Assembly: GCA_963823665.1 (NCBI GenBank)
Contig: CAWGMQ010000003.1
Span: 1,312,001 to 1,376,000 of the forward strand
Length of the DNA: 64,000 nt
Reading direction: 5' to 3'
DNA from: an uncultured Planctomycetota bacterium
GTDB lineage: Bacteria > Planctomycetota > Planctomycetia > Isosphaerales > Isosphaeraceae
The first letter of the stretch is position 1; each line of letters opens with the position of its first letter. Positions 20,634-31,827 of the stretch are shown in pieces. The notes below the pieces were generated by a model, which made no database searches, was not told the origin of the DNA, and was given only the letters and a program-made list of their open reading frames with translations. Position numbers and translations under genes: made by a program.

Positions 20634-21419
20634 TCACCGCTCACAACCCAGGAATCGTCCTCCGTCGACACGGAAACATGAGCCTGTGACGAAGTTGGTG
20701 CCGTCCAGCAGGTAGAGAATCAGCCGGTTGACGTCCAGGGAGGATCCGAATCGGCGCAGGGGCGTCTGGTCGAGCACGTCGTTGATCTCGGACGCCGTCA
20801 AGTCGGGCGGAGGGTCGATCATGGCGGGCTGGATCAAGGCGACAGGAATATCCGGGGCGAGCTCTGTTGCCAGTGCCAGAGTGAGGGTGGTGAGGCCGCC
20901 CTTGGCGACCAGATAAGGGAGATAATCCTTGTAAGGTCGCTCGCTCGCCCAGTCGCCCAGCATCACGATCTTGCCCTTGATTCCGTCGTCGGGTGCCTGG
21001 GTGAGCATGATCTTGGCCGATGCGTGCGCTGCGTGGAACGGGGCGAGAAGATTGGCCGCGATCATCTCCTCGATTTCCGCAGCCGTGAGAGTGGCCAGCG
21101 GCGTGCGCCTGAAGACGCTCGCCATGTTCACGAGTGCGTCGAGGCGACCGAATCGGTTGATTACCTGCTCGACCACGCTCTGCGCCTGGACCGGCTTCGT
21201 CAGGTCAGCGGCGATGGCCAGTCCCCGGCCGCCTGATGCTTCGACCTGCGCGATCGTTTGCTCGATCGCCGCGCGGCTGGTGTGAAACGTCATCGCGACG
21301 TGCGCGCCGCGCGCCGCCAGGATCCGCGCCAGGTCGCCGCCGACGCGCCGGCCTCCGGTGATCAAGACCGTACGTCCGGCGAGCTTGCCATCGGTCGCAC
21401 CTGCGTCCAGGAGGGCCAT
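20634..21419 (-). CDS. SDR family oxidoreductase (pteridine reductase/FolM-like)
   Basis: VLITGGRRVG; NMAS; YLVAK (YxxxK); VTGSCFRVDGG. Confidence 0.88.
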   Translation of the reverse strand: MALLDAGATDGKLAGRTVLITGGRRVGGDLARILAARGAHVAMTFHTSRAAIEQTIAQVEASGGRGLAIAADLTKPVQAQSVVEQVINRFGRLDALVNMASVFRRTPLATLTAAEIEEMIAANLLAPFHAAHASAKIMLTQAPDDGIKGKIVMLGDWASERPYKDYLPYLVAKGGLTTLTLALATELAPDIPVALIQPAMIDPPPDLTASEINDVLDQTPLRRFGSSLDVNRLILYLLDGTNFVTGSCFRVDGGRFLGCER

Positions 21420-21420
21420 T

Positions 21421-21968
21421 TCAGATACCTTTCCAGATGACGTCCGGCACGCCGGCCTTCTGGTTGACCGCGCGAGCGAGCACGAACAGCAGATCACTCA
21501 GCCGGTTGAGATAAACAAGACGGACACGGCCACGGCTTCGTGTTTTTCTTGTGCAAGCTCGACGACCAGCCGTTCGGCGCGGCGGCAGACCGTGCGTGCC
21601 AGATGGAGAAAGGCGGCGGTTGGCACGCCGCCGGGCAGAATGAACTCCCGCAAGGGCTCGAGCCCGGCCTCGAGCCCGTCGATCGCGCGTTCGAGATGCT
21701 CGACGTGCGTGCCCGTGATCGTGTTGTGGAACTTTCCGTCCGGAAGGGGATCGGCGAGTGCGGAACCGACCAGGAACAGCTCTTCTTGAAGCCGGGCGGC
21801 CAGTTGATCGGTGACCGCATCGAGGCCGAGGCAGCGCACGACGCCCAGCGTGGCATTCAGCTCATCGACGGTGCCGTATGCCGCGATCCGGAGGTCGTGC
21901 TTGGGCACGCGGCCCGGGCCCAGCAGGCCGGTCGTGCCGTCGTCGCCGGTCTTCGTATAAATCTTCAC
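21421..21968 (-). CDS. pduO: ATP:cob(I)alamin adenosyltransferase, PduO type (frameshift near 21515)
   Basis: KIYTKTGDDGTTGL; YGTVDELN; FILPGG; ARTVCRRAER; after the shift YLNRLSDLLFVLAR, stop at 21421. Confidence 0.9.
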
Positions 21969-22126
21969 TGCTCTAACTCGCTCGGATATCGGGACCATTG
22001 GCGAATCGCTCGACTCGCCTTATACTAGGCATCGCCACATTCGCTGACTACTGAGATCGACCCGCGGGGGAGATCTCTGGAGGCTAGCACCCACGATCGG
22101 CTCGGTCGAGCCGCGGAGCAATATCA

Positions 22127-23222
22127 ATGGCATTTTCGTCTGCGCTGCTCTTGGCGGCAGCCTTGTTCGCTCAGCACCCGACGACCGGGCAAGCGCACGG
22201 CCCCTGCCCTTTCGGCCGAGGAGGTCGCGCGACTCGAGGCTGCTCATCTCACAAACATTCGCCAGGTCAGCTTCGGCCTGGCCCGCTCGGGCGAGGGGTA
22301 CTTCAGTCCGGACGGCCGATCGATCATCTTTCAGGCAGTTCCCTATGTGCCGCCTTCAATCTTCCACCATCCGCTCCCCGATGAAGATGGGTACCAGATT
22401 TTCCTGGGCCAGCTCGAAGAGGATGGTCCGCTCAAGATGGTCAGCACCGGCAAAGGGCGCTGCACGTGCCCGTTCTTTCATCCCAGTGGGAACTCCATTC
22501 TGTTCGCATCAACACACCTCTCGCCGAGCACCGCGGCCGAGCCTCCGAAGGGACCAGCCTACAGCCGCTCGGCGCGCTATCGCTGGGAGTTTCCCGAGAC
22601 GATGGACATCTTCACGGCCGATCTGGACGGCAAGAACCTGAGACGCTTGACGGATGCGCCTGGATATGATGCCGAAGCGAGTTATTCGCCGGACGGGTCG
22701 AAGATCATTTTCACGTCATTCCGCGATGGCGACGGTGAGATCTATATCATGGACGCTTCCGGCAAGAACGCGCGGCGGATCACGCACCAGAAGGGCTACG
22801 ATGGCGGCCCGTTCTTCTCTCCCGACGGCCGGCGAATCATCTACCGCAGCGACCGAAAGGTCAACGACTTTCTTCAGGTCTACGTGAACAACACCGAGGG
22901 CACGGGCGAGCGGGCATTGACCCAGAACGATTTCGTGAACTGGGGCCCGTACTGGCACCCGGATGGAACCCACATCATCTACGCGACCAGCAAGCACGGG
23001 CATTCGAATTACGAGCTTTATCTAATGAACGTCGATTCCGGAGCCGAGGAACGCATCACGTACCAGGAAGGCTTCGACGGGCTGCCCGTGTTCAGCCCCG
23101 ACGGCAAGCGCCTGATGTGGACCTCGAGCGGCCGCACCGCCGACCACAAGAGCCAGCTCTTCATCGCGGACTTCACGCTGGAGCGTGCCAAAAATCAAGG
23201 TGCGGCGCCGGCACCGCGTTGA
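22127..23222 (+). CDS. TolB-like PD40 beta-propeller protein (frameshift near 22195)
   Basis: Signal peptide; HLTNIRQVSF..GEGYFSPDG; GYDAEASYSPDG; GYDGGPFFSPDG. Confidence 0.88.
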
Positions 23223-23284
23223 TCGTTTTTACTTCGCAATTCACGTTCGATGATTGACCCTACTCAAAGGAGAAGGATACAGCC

Positions 23285-23773
23285 ATGGGCCCGAAGGACG
23301 TCATCTTGAAGACGATGGATATGAGCGACTTCGTCGTCAACAAATACCTGGAAGATCTGTCTGATGCCGATCTCAAGCTGGTACCGGTCGAGGGCATGCA
23401 TCCGATTGCGCTCCAGCTCGGGCATCTGATCAGTTCCGAGCGGCGGATCATGGAGATGGTCACACCCGGGGCTTCGCCGCCGCTTCCGGCTGGCTTCGCG
23501 GAACATCACGACATAAAGAACCCTCCCGCCGACGACAGCCACTACGCGACGAAGGACGAGTATCTGAAGCTTTGGGCCGCGCAGCGAGCCGCCACCAAGA
23601 AAGCGCTCGAGAGCGTGAGCGACACCGACCTTGAGGACACGCGAGAAGGAAAACTGCCGCCCTTTCTGCCGACTGTGGCCGCGGCCTTCAGCATGACCGG
23701 CATTCATCCGATGAACCATTCCGGCCAGTTCGTCGCCGTGCGGCGAATGCTCAAGAAGCCGATTGCGTTCTGA
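23285..23773 (+). CDS. DinB/YfiT superfamily protein, copy 1
   Basis: LGHL and HPMNHSGQ (HxxxH) metal ligands; AGGAG RBS. Confidence 0.85.
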   Translation: MGPKDVILKTMDMSDFVVNKYLEDLSDADLKLVPVEGMHPIALQLGHLISSERRIMEMVTPGASPPLPAGFAEHHDIKNPPADDSHYATKDEYLKLWAAQRAATKKALESVSDTDLEDTREGKLPPFLPTVAAAFSMTGIHPMNHSGQFVAVRRMLKKPIAF

Positions 23774-23855
23774 GCCGCAACCTGCAAAGACCCCGCGGTG
23801 AGTCGCATGCTCATCGCGGGATAAACCCATCTTCGACCACACGGAGCCTTTCGCC

Positions 23856-24341
23856 ATGGGACCGAAGGACGTGATCCTCAAGAATCTCGAGATGAGCGAC
23901 GTGATCATGAAGAAATACCTGGATGACCTTGCCGACGCCGATCTGCGTCTGGAGGGCGTGCCAGGCATGAATTCGATTGCGCTGCAGCTTGGCCATCTGA
24001 TCTCCGGCGAGCGGGCGTTCATCGAATACGTGAGCCCTGGTCTATCGCCCGAGCTGCCCGCGGGCTTTGACGAGAGCCACAGTTTGAAGCCGGACGTACA
24101 AGACCGGAAGCTCGCGACCAAGGACGAATACTTCAAGCTGTGGGCTGCGCAGCGCGCGGCGACCAAGAAGGCGATTGCGGGCGTGAGCGATGCCGAGCTG
24201 GAGGATACGCGCGGCGGCACATTGCCGGAATGGGCGCCGACGGTCGGCGACATGCTGAACATCGCTGCACTTCACCCGATCATGCATTCGGGGCAGTTCG
24301 TCGCGGTGCGCCGGCGGCTGAAGAAGGCGATTGCGTTTTGA
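23856..24341 (+). CDS. DinB/YfiT superfamily protein, copy 2
   Basis: LGHL and HPIMHSGQ; paralogue of the preceding gene. Confidence 0.85.
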   Translation: MGPKDVILKNLEMSDVIMKKYLDDLADADLRLEGVPGMNSIALQLGHLISGERAFIEYVSPGLSPELPAGFDESHSLKPDVQDRKLATKDEYFKLWAAQRAATKKAIAGVSDAELEDTRGGTLPEWAPTVGDMLNIAALHPIMHSGQFVAVRRRLKKAIAF

Positions 24342-24488
24342 GGACGGAGACCGACCAGCACGGATTGTGCGGCACGAGCCGTTCATCGCCTGGTTACGCG
24401 GCGTGTGGTCATGGCGAATTTGGGGTGGAATTCAACAGGACTGCTTTCGCCCGAAGAGGTTGCTGGGTTCAAAGTACGAGGGTCTCGC

Positions 24489-25112
24489 ATGGCCACCGCT
24501 GCTCCGAAAACTCGTAGACTCCGGCTCGGTCCTCGATCGGCCGGGCTCTTGCTCACGGTGACGGAATTCGATCACGCCCAAATTCAAAAGGGCTGGCGGT
24601 ACGAGCTAATCAACGGGGTTCTCGTCGTGTCTCCTACGCCATCACGCCAGGAACGAGGGCCAAACGAAACACTCGGGCATTGGCTTCAAACTTATCAAGA
24701 GGCCCATCCCCAAGGGTCTGCGATGGATGCGACTTTTCCCGAAGAAGAGATCGAGACAAGGCAAAACCGGCGGCGCGTAGATCGGGCGATCTGGGCGGGT
24801 CTTGGACGCGATCCGGAGGAAGGCGAGGCTCCGACGATCACGGTCGAATTCGTTTCGAAGGGAAAGATCAACCAGGAACGCGACTACGTCGCCAAGCGTG
24901 ACGAATTCCGGGAGATCGGCGTGCGGGAATACTGGGTCATCGATCGATTTCGACGAAGCTTGACCGTGTACCGTTTCGGCGGCGAGAAGGACGAAGAGCT
25001 GCACATTCCGGAGGACAAGACGTACGAAACGCCCTTGCTGCCCGGGTTTGTTCTCGATCTCAAGCGATTGCTCGCCCTGGCCGACCGGTGGGCGAAGAAG
25101 CGACGGAAGTAG
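24489..25112 (+). CDS. Uma2 family PD-(D/E)XK nuclease-like protein
   Basis: RYELINGVLVVSP; VEFVS; DYVAKRDEF..GVREYWVID; TPLLPGF. Confidence 0.88.
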   Translation: MATAAPKTRRLRLGPRSAGLLLTVTEFDHAQIQKGWRYELINGVLVVSPTPSRQERGPNETLGHWLQTYQEAHPQGSAMDATFPEEEIETRQNRRRVDRAIWAGLGRDPEEGEAPTITVEFVSKGKINQERDYVAKRDEFREIGVREYWVIDRFRRSLTVYRFGGEKDEELHIPEDKTYETPLLPGFVLDLKRLLALADRWAKKRRK

Positions 25113-25161
25113 ACGCCGGCCCGATTCTAAGGCAGAAGTTACCGCGGGCCGTCGCTGGCGC

Positions 25162-25491
25162 TCACTCCTCTGAATCTCCGCTCGATCCCGGCTGCCGGCT
25201 TTCGGCCGCGAGCAATCGCTCCAGTAACGCCGGATTGACCACTCCCCGGAACCGCACCTTGCCGTTTACGGTCACAACCGGAACCTCAGTGTTGAACTTT
25301 GCCACCAGGTCCGGATCGTGATCGATATCGACTTCGTCGATGGTGAATCCGAACCGGCGCTGGGCTTCCTTGAGCACGTTCATGGCCTTGTCGCAACAGC
25401 CGCAGCCAGCACGCGAATAGACTATGAACGCGAGATGTGCTGTTTTTTGCTTTTCAGACCGCCGCAATAATCGGTTGAGGAGCGTAGTCAT
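25162..25491 (-). CDS. Glutaredoxin-like (DUF836-type) protein
   Basis: YSRAGCGCCDKA (CxxC); EVDID.DPDL; EVPVV.VNG. Confidence 0.85.
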   Translation of the reverse strand: MTTLLNRLLRRSEKQKTAHLAFIVYSRAGCGCCDKAMNVLKEAQRRFGFTIDEVDIDHDPDLVAKFNTEVPVVTVNGKVRFRGVVNPALLERLLAAESRQPGSSGDSEE

Positions 25492-25509
25492 CGCCTTCTC
25501 CGGATCGGT

Positions 25510-25731
25510 TCAGCGCTTGGGGAGGCTGAAGTCGTGGTCGTAGAATTCGAGCCGGCCGCAACTCTCGCAGCGATAGAGGTCGAGCGGCTTGACCGTCTCG
25601 CCAAGATCAGCCAGCTCACCCAGGAAAAAATGCCAGCCGGGGTTCGCTCCGCCGACGCGGATCGGGAGCTGGCCCAAGCTGCGGAGGGATGTCTTGCAGT
25701 GGGGGCAGGTCGGTGAGCTTGAGTCTTTCAT
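25510..25731 (-). CDS. Small zinc-ribbon protein
   Basis: CPHC...YRCESCGRLEFY. Confidence 0.7.
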   Translation of the reverse strand: MKDSSSPTCPHCKTSLRSLGQLPIRVGGANPGWHFFLGELADLGETVKPLDLYRCESCGRLEFYDHDFSLPKR

Positions 25732-25797
25732 CGAATTGAGAGCTCCCAGCCGCGCCTTACCGCTCTCTGAACGTGATGGGGGCGCCAGACCGCTGGA

Positions 25798-26067
25798 TCA
25801 CACTTCGCTGGCCGGCTCCCATTCGGACGGGGCCATAGTATGAACGAATTCAACTCGGGACTGTTCATAATCGTCGAGTTCCTCGAGTAACTTCATCCAG
25901 ACCAATTGCTGCCGATCCGCCTCATCCATTGATTCAAATTCCTCGGAGGTCACTACGGCTACAACCCTGGATCCTGTGTCCGGCTCGATCTCGACTTCGA
26001 GCCCACGCAAGTTAAGGCCCTCAAGGACCTTCTTAATTTTGTCGGCGATTTTGCCATGGTCGGCCAT
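25798..26067 (-). CDS. Small acidic BolA/IbaG-like protein
   Basis: VVAVVTSEEFESMDEADRQQLVW...HTMAPSEW resembles the BolA pattern; AGAGG RBS. Confidence 0.6.
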   Translation of the reverse strand: MADHGKIADKIKKVLEGLNLRGLEVEIEPDTGSRVVAVVTSEEFESMDEADRQQLVWMKLLEELDDYEQSRVEFVHTMAPSEWEPASEV

Positions 26068-26082
26068 TTGATGCCTCTAGCG

Positions 26083-26685
26083 TCAGAACTTGGAAAGTAT
26101 GTCACGTCCGAACAATTCAACGGCCTGGATCCATCTGGAAAGCGATTGACTCGAGATCGATTTTACGACATGGTGCCCGGAGCCGCGCTCGGGATTTCGG
26201 TCCACTCGATGAGCAACCCAGTGCCTTCGTGATATCAAGGCCGCGAGATTGCTCGCCTGCTTTTTATCTATTGTGGCGGCAAGGCCAATTTTTTCCAAGA
26301 TTTGCTTGATGTCACCCACGTGATTGTAATTCGATCTCTCGAGGTACTCGCTCACTGAGTTCGAGACGAGTTCATCAACTGTCTGGCCGCGGAAACGAGC
26401 CAACTCGTGCAATCCAATCTTTGTCCTCCCCTCGGCGCCCGCAATTGGAAATTCGCTAAAAACGCCGGGCTCGGCTGTGGGGAGCTTCCATTCGGCGAGG
26501 CAGCGCAACAAATCTTCCAGAGTCGCGTGGAGAAGCACCACCGCCGCTCGAAGGAGATCGGTGCTCTGCACGCTGCGCCGCCCCTGCCCTGTTCCCGCAT
26601 GAGACGTATATAGGTTGCCGAGATTCTTCACCCGATCGAGATTCTCCTCAAAGCGCGCTTGAATCTCACCCAGTCTCGTCGCCAT
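26083..26685 (-). CDS. HEPN domain protein (RiboL-PSP-HEPN-like)
   Basis: DLLRAAVVLLHATLED N-terminal helix; RHWVAH = R-x4-H HEPN RNase motif. Confidence 0.8.
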   Translation of the reverse strand: MATRLGEIQARFEENLDRVKNLGNLYTSHAGTGQGRRSVQSTDLLRAAVVLLHATLEDLLRCLAEWKLPTAEPGVFSEFPIAGAEGRTKIGLHELARFRGQTVDELVSNSVSEYLERSNYNHVGDIKQILEKIGLAATIDKKQASNLAALISRRHWVAHRVDRNPERGSGHHVVKSISSQSLSRWIQAVELFGRDILSKF

Positions 26686-28794
<2,109 letters not shown>

Positions 28795-28828
28795 GAGACG
28801 CTCCGGTCAGCGACATAATCGTGGGGAT

Positions 28829-29179
28829 TCATTTCAGGGGTAAGTATGTCACGCGATTCGAAAGCTCCTGCGGATCGCAACACATAGCGATAAGCTCGAT
28901 GTCATCGACAAGTCGTCCCAGGCTGGCTCCTTGTTGGTGGGCGAACAGGATCCCGACGAAATGGTTTTCTGATTGCTGCCACCGAGAAGCGATCTTCAGG
29001 AAATCCTCGTCTTGTGTGAAGAACAAGCGACCGAGCTCCGTGGCTCGAGCGAGAAGGGGCTCGTCATCCAGTTCCGTCGTCCCATCGTCCTGGCTCCTGA
29101 GCACGTCGATCTTTCGAAGCCGCAAGCCTTCAGTGATTGCGAACGGAATATGGACGTCCATGTAGACCGAAAGCGGCAT
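28829..29179 (-). CDS. DUF5615 PIN-like toxin
   Basis: YMDVHI..GLRLRKIDV..DEPLL.RATELGRLFFTQDEDF; directly downstream of DUF433. Confidence 0.88.
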   Translation of the reverse strand: MPLSVYMDVHIPFAITEGLRLRKIDVLRSQDDGTTELDDEPLLARATELGRLFFTQDEDFLKIASRWQQSENHFVGILFAHQQGASLGRLVDDIELIAMCCDPQELSNRVTYLPLK

Positions 29180-29181
29180 CG

Positions 29182-29496
29182 TCAGGGATTTCCCGCGGCG
29201 CGCCGCTTCAACAGGTCGGCTCGTGAAAGCGGTTGCTTGATTCTTTCGGCTTCGACGGCATCCGCGGAAACACGCATCTGCTCGACGAGCTGATCGTGGT
29301 GGTCGTAGAAGTAGGTCAGCGCCGCATAGACCTGCTCCGGTCTGAGATCGGGATGCTGGTGCAACAGCTCTTCAGCCGACCAGCCGAAGTGGTAATGTTC
29401 GCCAGCCAGATGAATCACCTTGTACCTGGTGCGTTCAATCCGAGCAGTACCGTCGGTGTCGATCGCCAAGTGCGGATAACGGAGCTCAGTAGTCAT
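29182..29496 (-). CDS. DUF433 antitoxin
   Basis: ARIERTRYKV..GWSAEELLHQHPDLRPEQVYAALTYFYDH. Confidence 0.88.
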   Translation of the reverse strand: MTTELRYPHLAIDTDGTARIERTRYKVIHLAGEHYHFGWSAEELLHQHPDLRPEQVYAALTYFYDHHDQLVEQMRVSADAVEAERIKQPLSRADLLKRRAAGNP

Positions 29497-29712
29497 CAGA
29501 TCAGATTCAGCCCCGAAGGGAGGCTCCTCCAACGGAGTTGACCAAGACGCGTCGACCCTTGCCAGACTCGAACCGGGGTTCGCGGCGAACGGGGCCTACT
29601 TGCTCTCAAGGAACGGCTCCCGGCTTGGCCCACCGTCGCGGGAACGCTGCTTGTCTGGAGGGCACGCTACCGGCACAATGATAGCAGCTATCAACTACAT
29701 GGGAAAGATTCG

Positions 29713-30372
29713 ATGACCCTCGCCACCCTTCCGGCCGCGACCATCGAGACGGTCGCCGACTTGCTTGAGTCGCTCGGCGACATACCGCCTGAGCGCATCC
29801 GCATGCGCCGACTTCCTGGGACTGCAACCGAGGAAGACGTCCTCGCGATTCATGCCAGCGAAAGGCGTCTTTGCGAGCTGGTTGACGGTGTTCTGGTGGA
29901 GAAACTCACGGGCTACGACGAGTCGCGGCTGGGTGCGGAGTTCATCTACGCGCTGATCGAATTCCTGCGTCGCCACAACCTCGGGACCGCAGCCGGCGCA
30001 GACGGAATGTTGCGTCTGCTCACCGGGCTCGTCCGCATCCCCGACGTCTCGTTCGTTCGTTGGGAACACTTGCCCCAATCATACGGGGCGATTCCACCAG
30101 TTGCGCCCGATCTGGCCGTCGAGATTCTCAGCGAGTCGAACACGCCGAAGGAAATGGATCGTAAGCTCCGCGAGTACTTCGATGCCGGTACGCAACTTGT
30201 TTGGTACGTCGATCCCAAGGCGCGGACGGTGACCGTCTACACGGCTCCCGATCAATTCGTTGTTCTGGATGAATCGCAGACGCTCGACGGCGGCAATGTT
30301 CTGCCTGGGCTGGAGATTCCACTTCGGGAGCTCTTTGAACGAGCGAGCCGGCGCGGCGGCCCGAACGGATGA
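29713..30372 (+). CDS. Uma2 family nuclease-like protein
   Basis: LCELVDGVLVEK; RIPDVSF; APDLAVEILSESNT; YFDAGTQLVWYVDP. Confidence 0.9.
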   Translation: MTLATLPAATIETVADLLESLGDIPPERIRMRRLPGTATEEDVLAIHASERRLCELVDGVLVEKLTGYDESRLGAEFIYALIEFLRRHNLGTAAGADGMLRLLTGLVRIPDVSFVRWEHLPQSYGAIPPVAPDLAVEILSESNTPKEMDRKLREYFDAGTQLVWYVDPKARTVTVYTAPDQFVVLDESQTLDGGNVLPGLEIPLRELFERASRRGGPNG

Positions 30373-30448
30373 TTGGAGTTCAGCTTGTCCGTTGTTTCCG
30401 TGGACCGCCTTCGTCTACTATAGCAGGGAACGAACTGGGGAATAACCG

Positions 30449-30658
30449 ATGCCAAGAGCCACGCTCGAAAAGCGAATGACGGCGCTCGAGGATGCTGTGC
30501 TCGAGCTGCAAAAGGCGATGAAAGCGCGTAACCCGGCCCCCGATTGGCTGGACCGCGTGATCGGGTCAATGAAGGACGAGCCCGCCTTTGACGAAGTTCT
30601 GGCTCTCGGCCGAGCAATCCGCCAAGCGGACAGACCGACCGATGATCAAACGCCATGA
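30449..30658 (+). CDS. Small antitoxin-like protein upstream of the VapC remnant
   Basis: LEKRMTALE..W.DRVIGSMKDEPAFDEVL..GRAIR; stop overlaps the next start (ATGA). Confidence 0.7.
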   Translation: MPRATLEKRMTALEDAVLELQKAMKARNPAPDWLDRVIGSMKDEPAFDEVLALGRAIRQADRPTDDQTP

Positions 30659-30770
30659 AGTTCCTGCTGGATACCGTTCTGCGTTGAGTCATGGGTTGAC
30701 GCTATTGACGCGGAACACGCGCAATTTCGGCAGGGTTCCGGGGCTGACTATCGAAGATTGGACCATCTGA
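30655..30770 (+). pseudogene. vapC: vapC (PIN) toxin remnant with a large internal deletion
   Basis: MKFLLDT start joined out of frame to the VapC C-terminus ALSHGLTLLTRNTRNFGRVPGLTIEDW. Confidence 0.8.
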
Positions 30771-30942
30771 TCAATCGGACACCGATATCGTGGCGGTGCA
30801 AAAACTGGCCCCTCGTCAATTTTCTTCGTGCGTTTTGGAAAATCCATGCGTCTTCTCTAGTATCGCATGATATAAGCGTCGTGATGTACTCTCCGTCAGG
30901 CTCGGTCGCGGCGGGGTTGGCTGGTCCGAGGAGGGGCCGCGC

Positions 30943-31155
30943 ATGGTCAACGGGGACGCGATCATCGGCCGGTTGATTGATGAGGCGCGGCGGCATTCGC
31001 CGGGCATTCTGGACCGGTTGTTGGAATCGTATCGCAACTACTTGAGGCTTCTGGCCCGCACCGGCATCGACGCATCGCTGCGAGGCAAGGGCGATCCCTC
31101 TGACATCGTCGAGGAAACGCTGCTGAAAGCCCACCAGCACTTCAGTTCCCCGTAG
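30943..31155 (+). pseudogene. Truncated ECF sigma factor (5' third of the 42942-43556 paralogue)
   Basis: 61 of the first 67 aa identical to the ECF at 42942, then a stop; no sigma4 follows. Confidence 0.85.
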
Positions 31156-31256
31156 TCGTTTTTGGGAATCAGAGCGCACGATCGGCCGAATGAGCGATAT
31201 AATCGGCGTCGCAATCGATCGTGCGTTCTTGGCTGGGACGACGGAGAGTTGCCGAG

Positions 31257-31817
31257 ATGTCCCTCGACTTTGGAGGTGCGCCGCGCTCATTGGAACAATA
31301 CGCGGATTATCTGCGCATGCTGGCCCGGCTACAAATCGATCCCAGGCTGCGCAGCCGGCTCGACCCGTCGGACATGGTCCAGCAGACGTTGCTGGTCGCA
31401 TACGAGAAGTTGAGCCAGTTTCGCGGCCAAAGCCATGCCGAGCTGGAGGCCTGGCTCCGCACGATACTCGCTCGCACCTTGGCGCAGGCAACGCGCCGAT
31501 TTGTTCGCCACAGGGCGGAACGCGCAGGATCCATCGAAAAGGCCATCGAGCAATCCTCGGCGCGGCTGGAAACCTGGCTCGCCCGGGACGACTCGACTCC
31601 TGGCGAGAAAGCGATGAGGGGCGAGCAATTGGTGCTTCTGGCCCATGCCTTGGCCCAGTTGCCCGAGGAACAGCGCAGTGCGATCGAGCTGCATCATTTT
31701 CAAGGGCTTTCGGTGCCCGAGGCCGCCCGTCGGATGAACAAGACCGTCGCGTCGGTAACCGGCTTGCTCTATCGTGGCGGCAAGGCAATTCGGCATCGAA
31801 TCGGCGAACCGAAGTGA
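31257..31817 (+). CDS. ECF sigma factor (kinase-associated type)
   Basis: YADYLRMLARLQI..LDPSDMVQQT; AWLRTIL; LAQLPEEQRSAIEL. Confidence 0.92.
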   Translation: MSLDFGGAPRSLEQYADYLRMLARLQIDPRLRSRLDPSDMVQQTLLVAYEKLSQFRGQSHAELEAWLRTILARTLAQATRRFVRHRAERAGSIEKAIEQSSARLETWLARDDSTPGEKAMRGEQLVLLAHALAQLPEEQRSAIELHHFQGLSVPEAARRMNKTVASVTGLLYRGGKAIRHRIGEPK

Positions 31818-31827
31818 GTTGTCGCGC

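Noticed and set aside
29555..29600. tRNA fragment or att site (minus strand CCGGTTCGAGTCTGG resembles a T-arm)
   Set aside because: No acceptor stem, D arm or anticodon arm could be built, and there is no integrase nearby.
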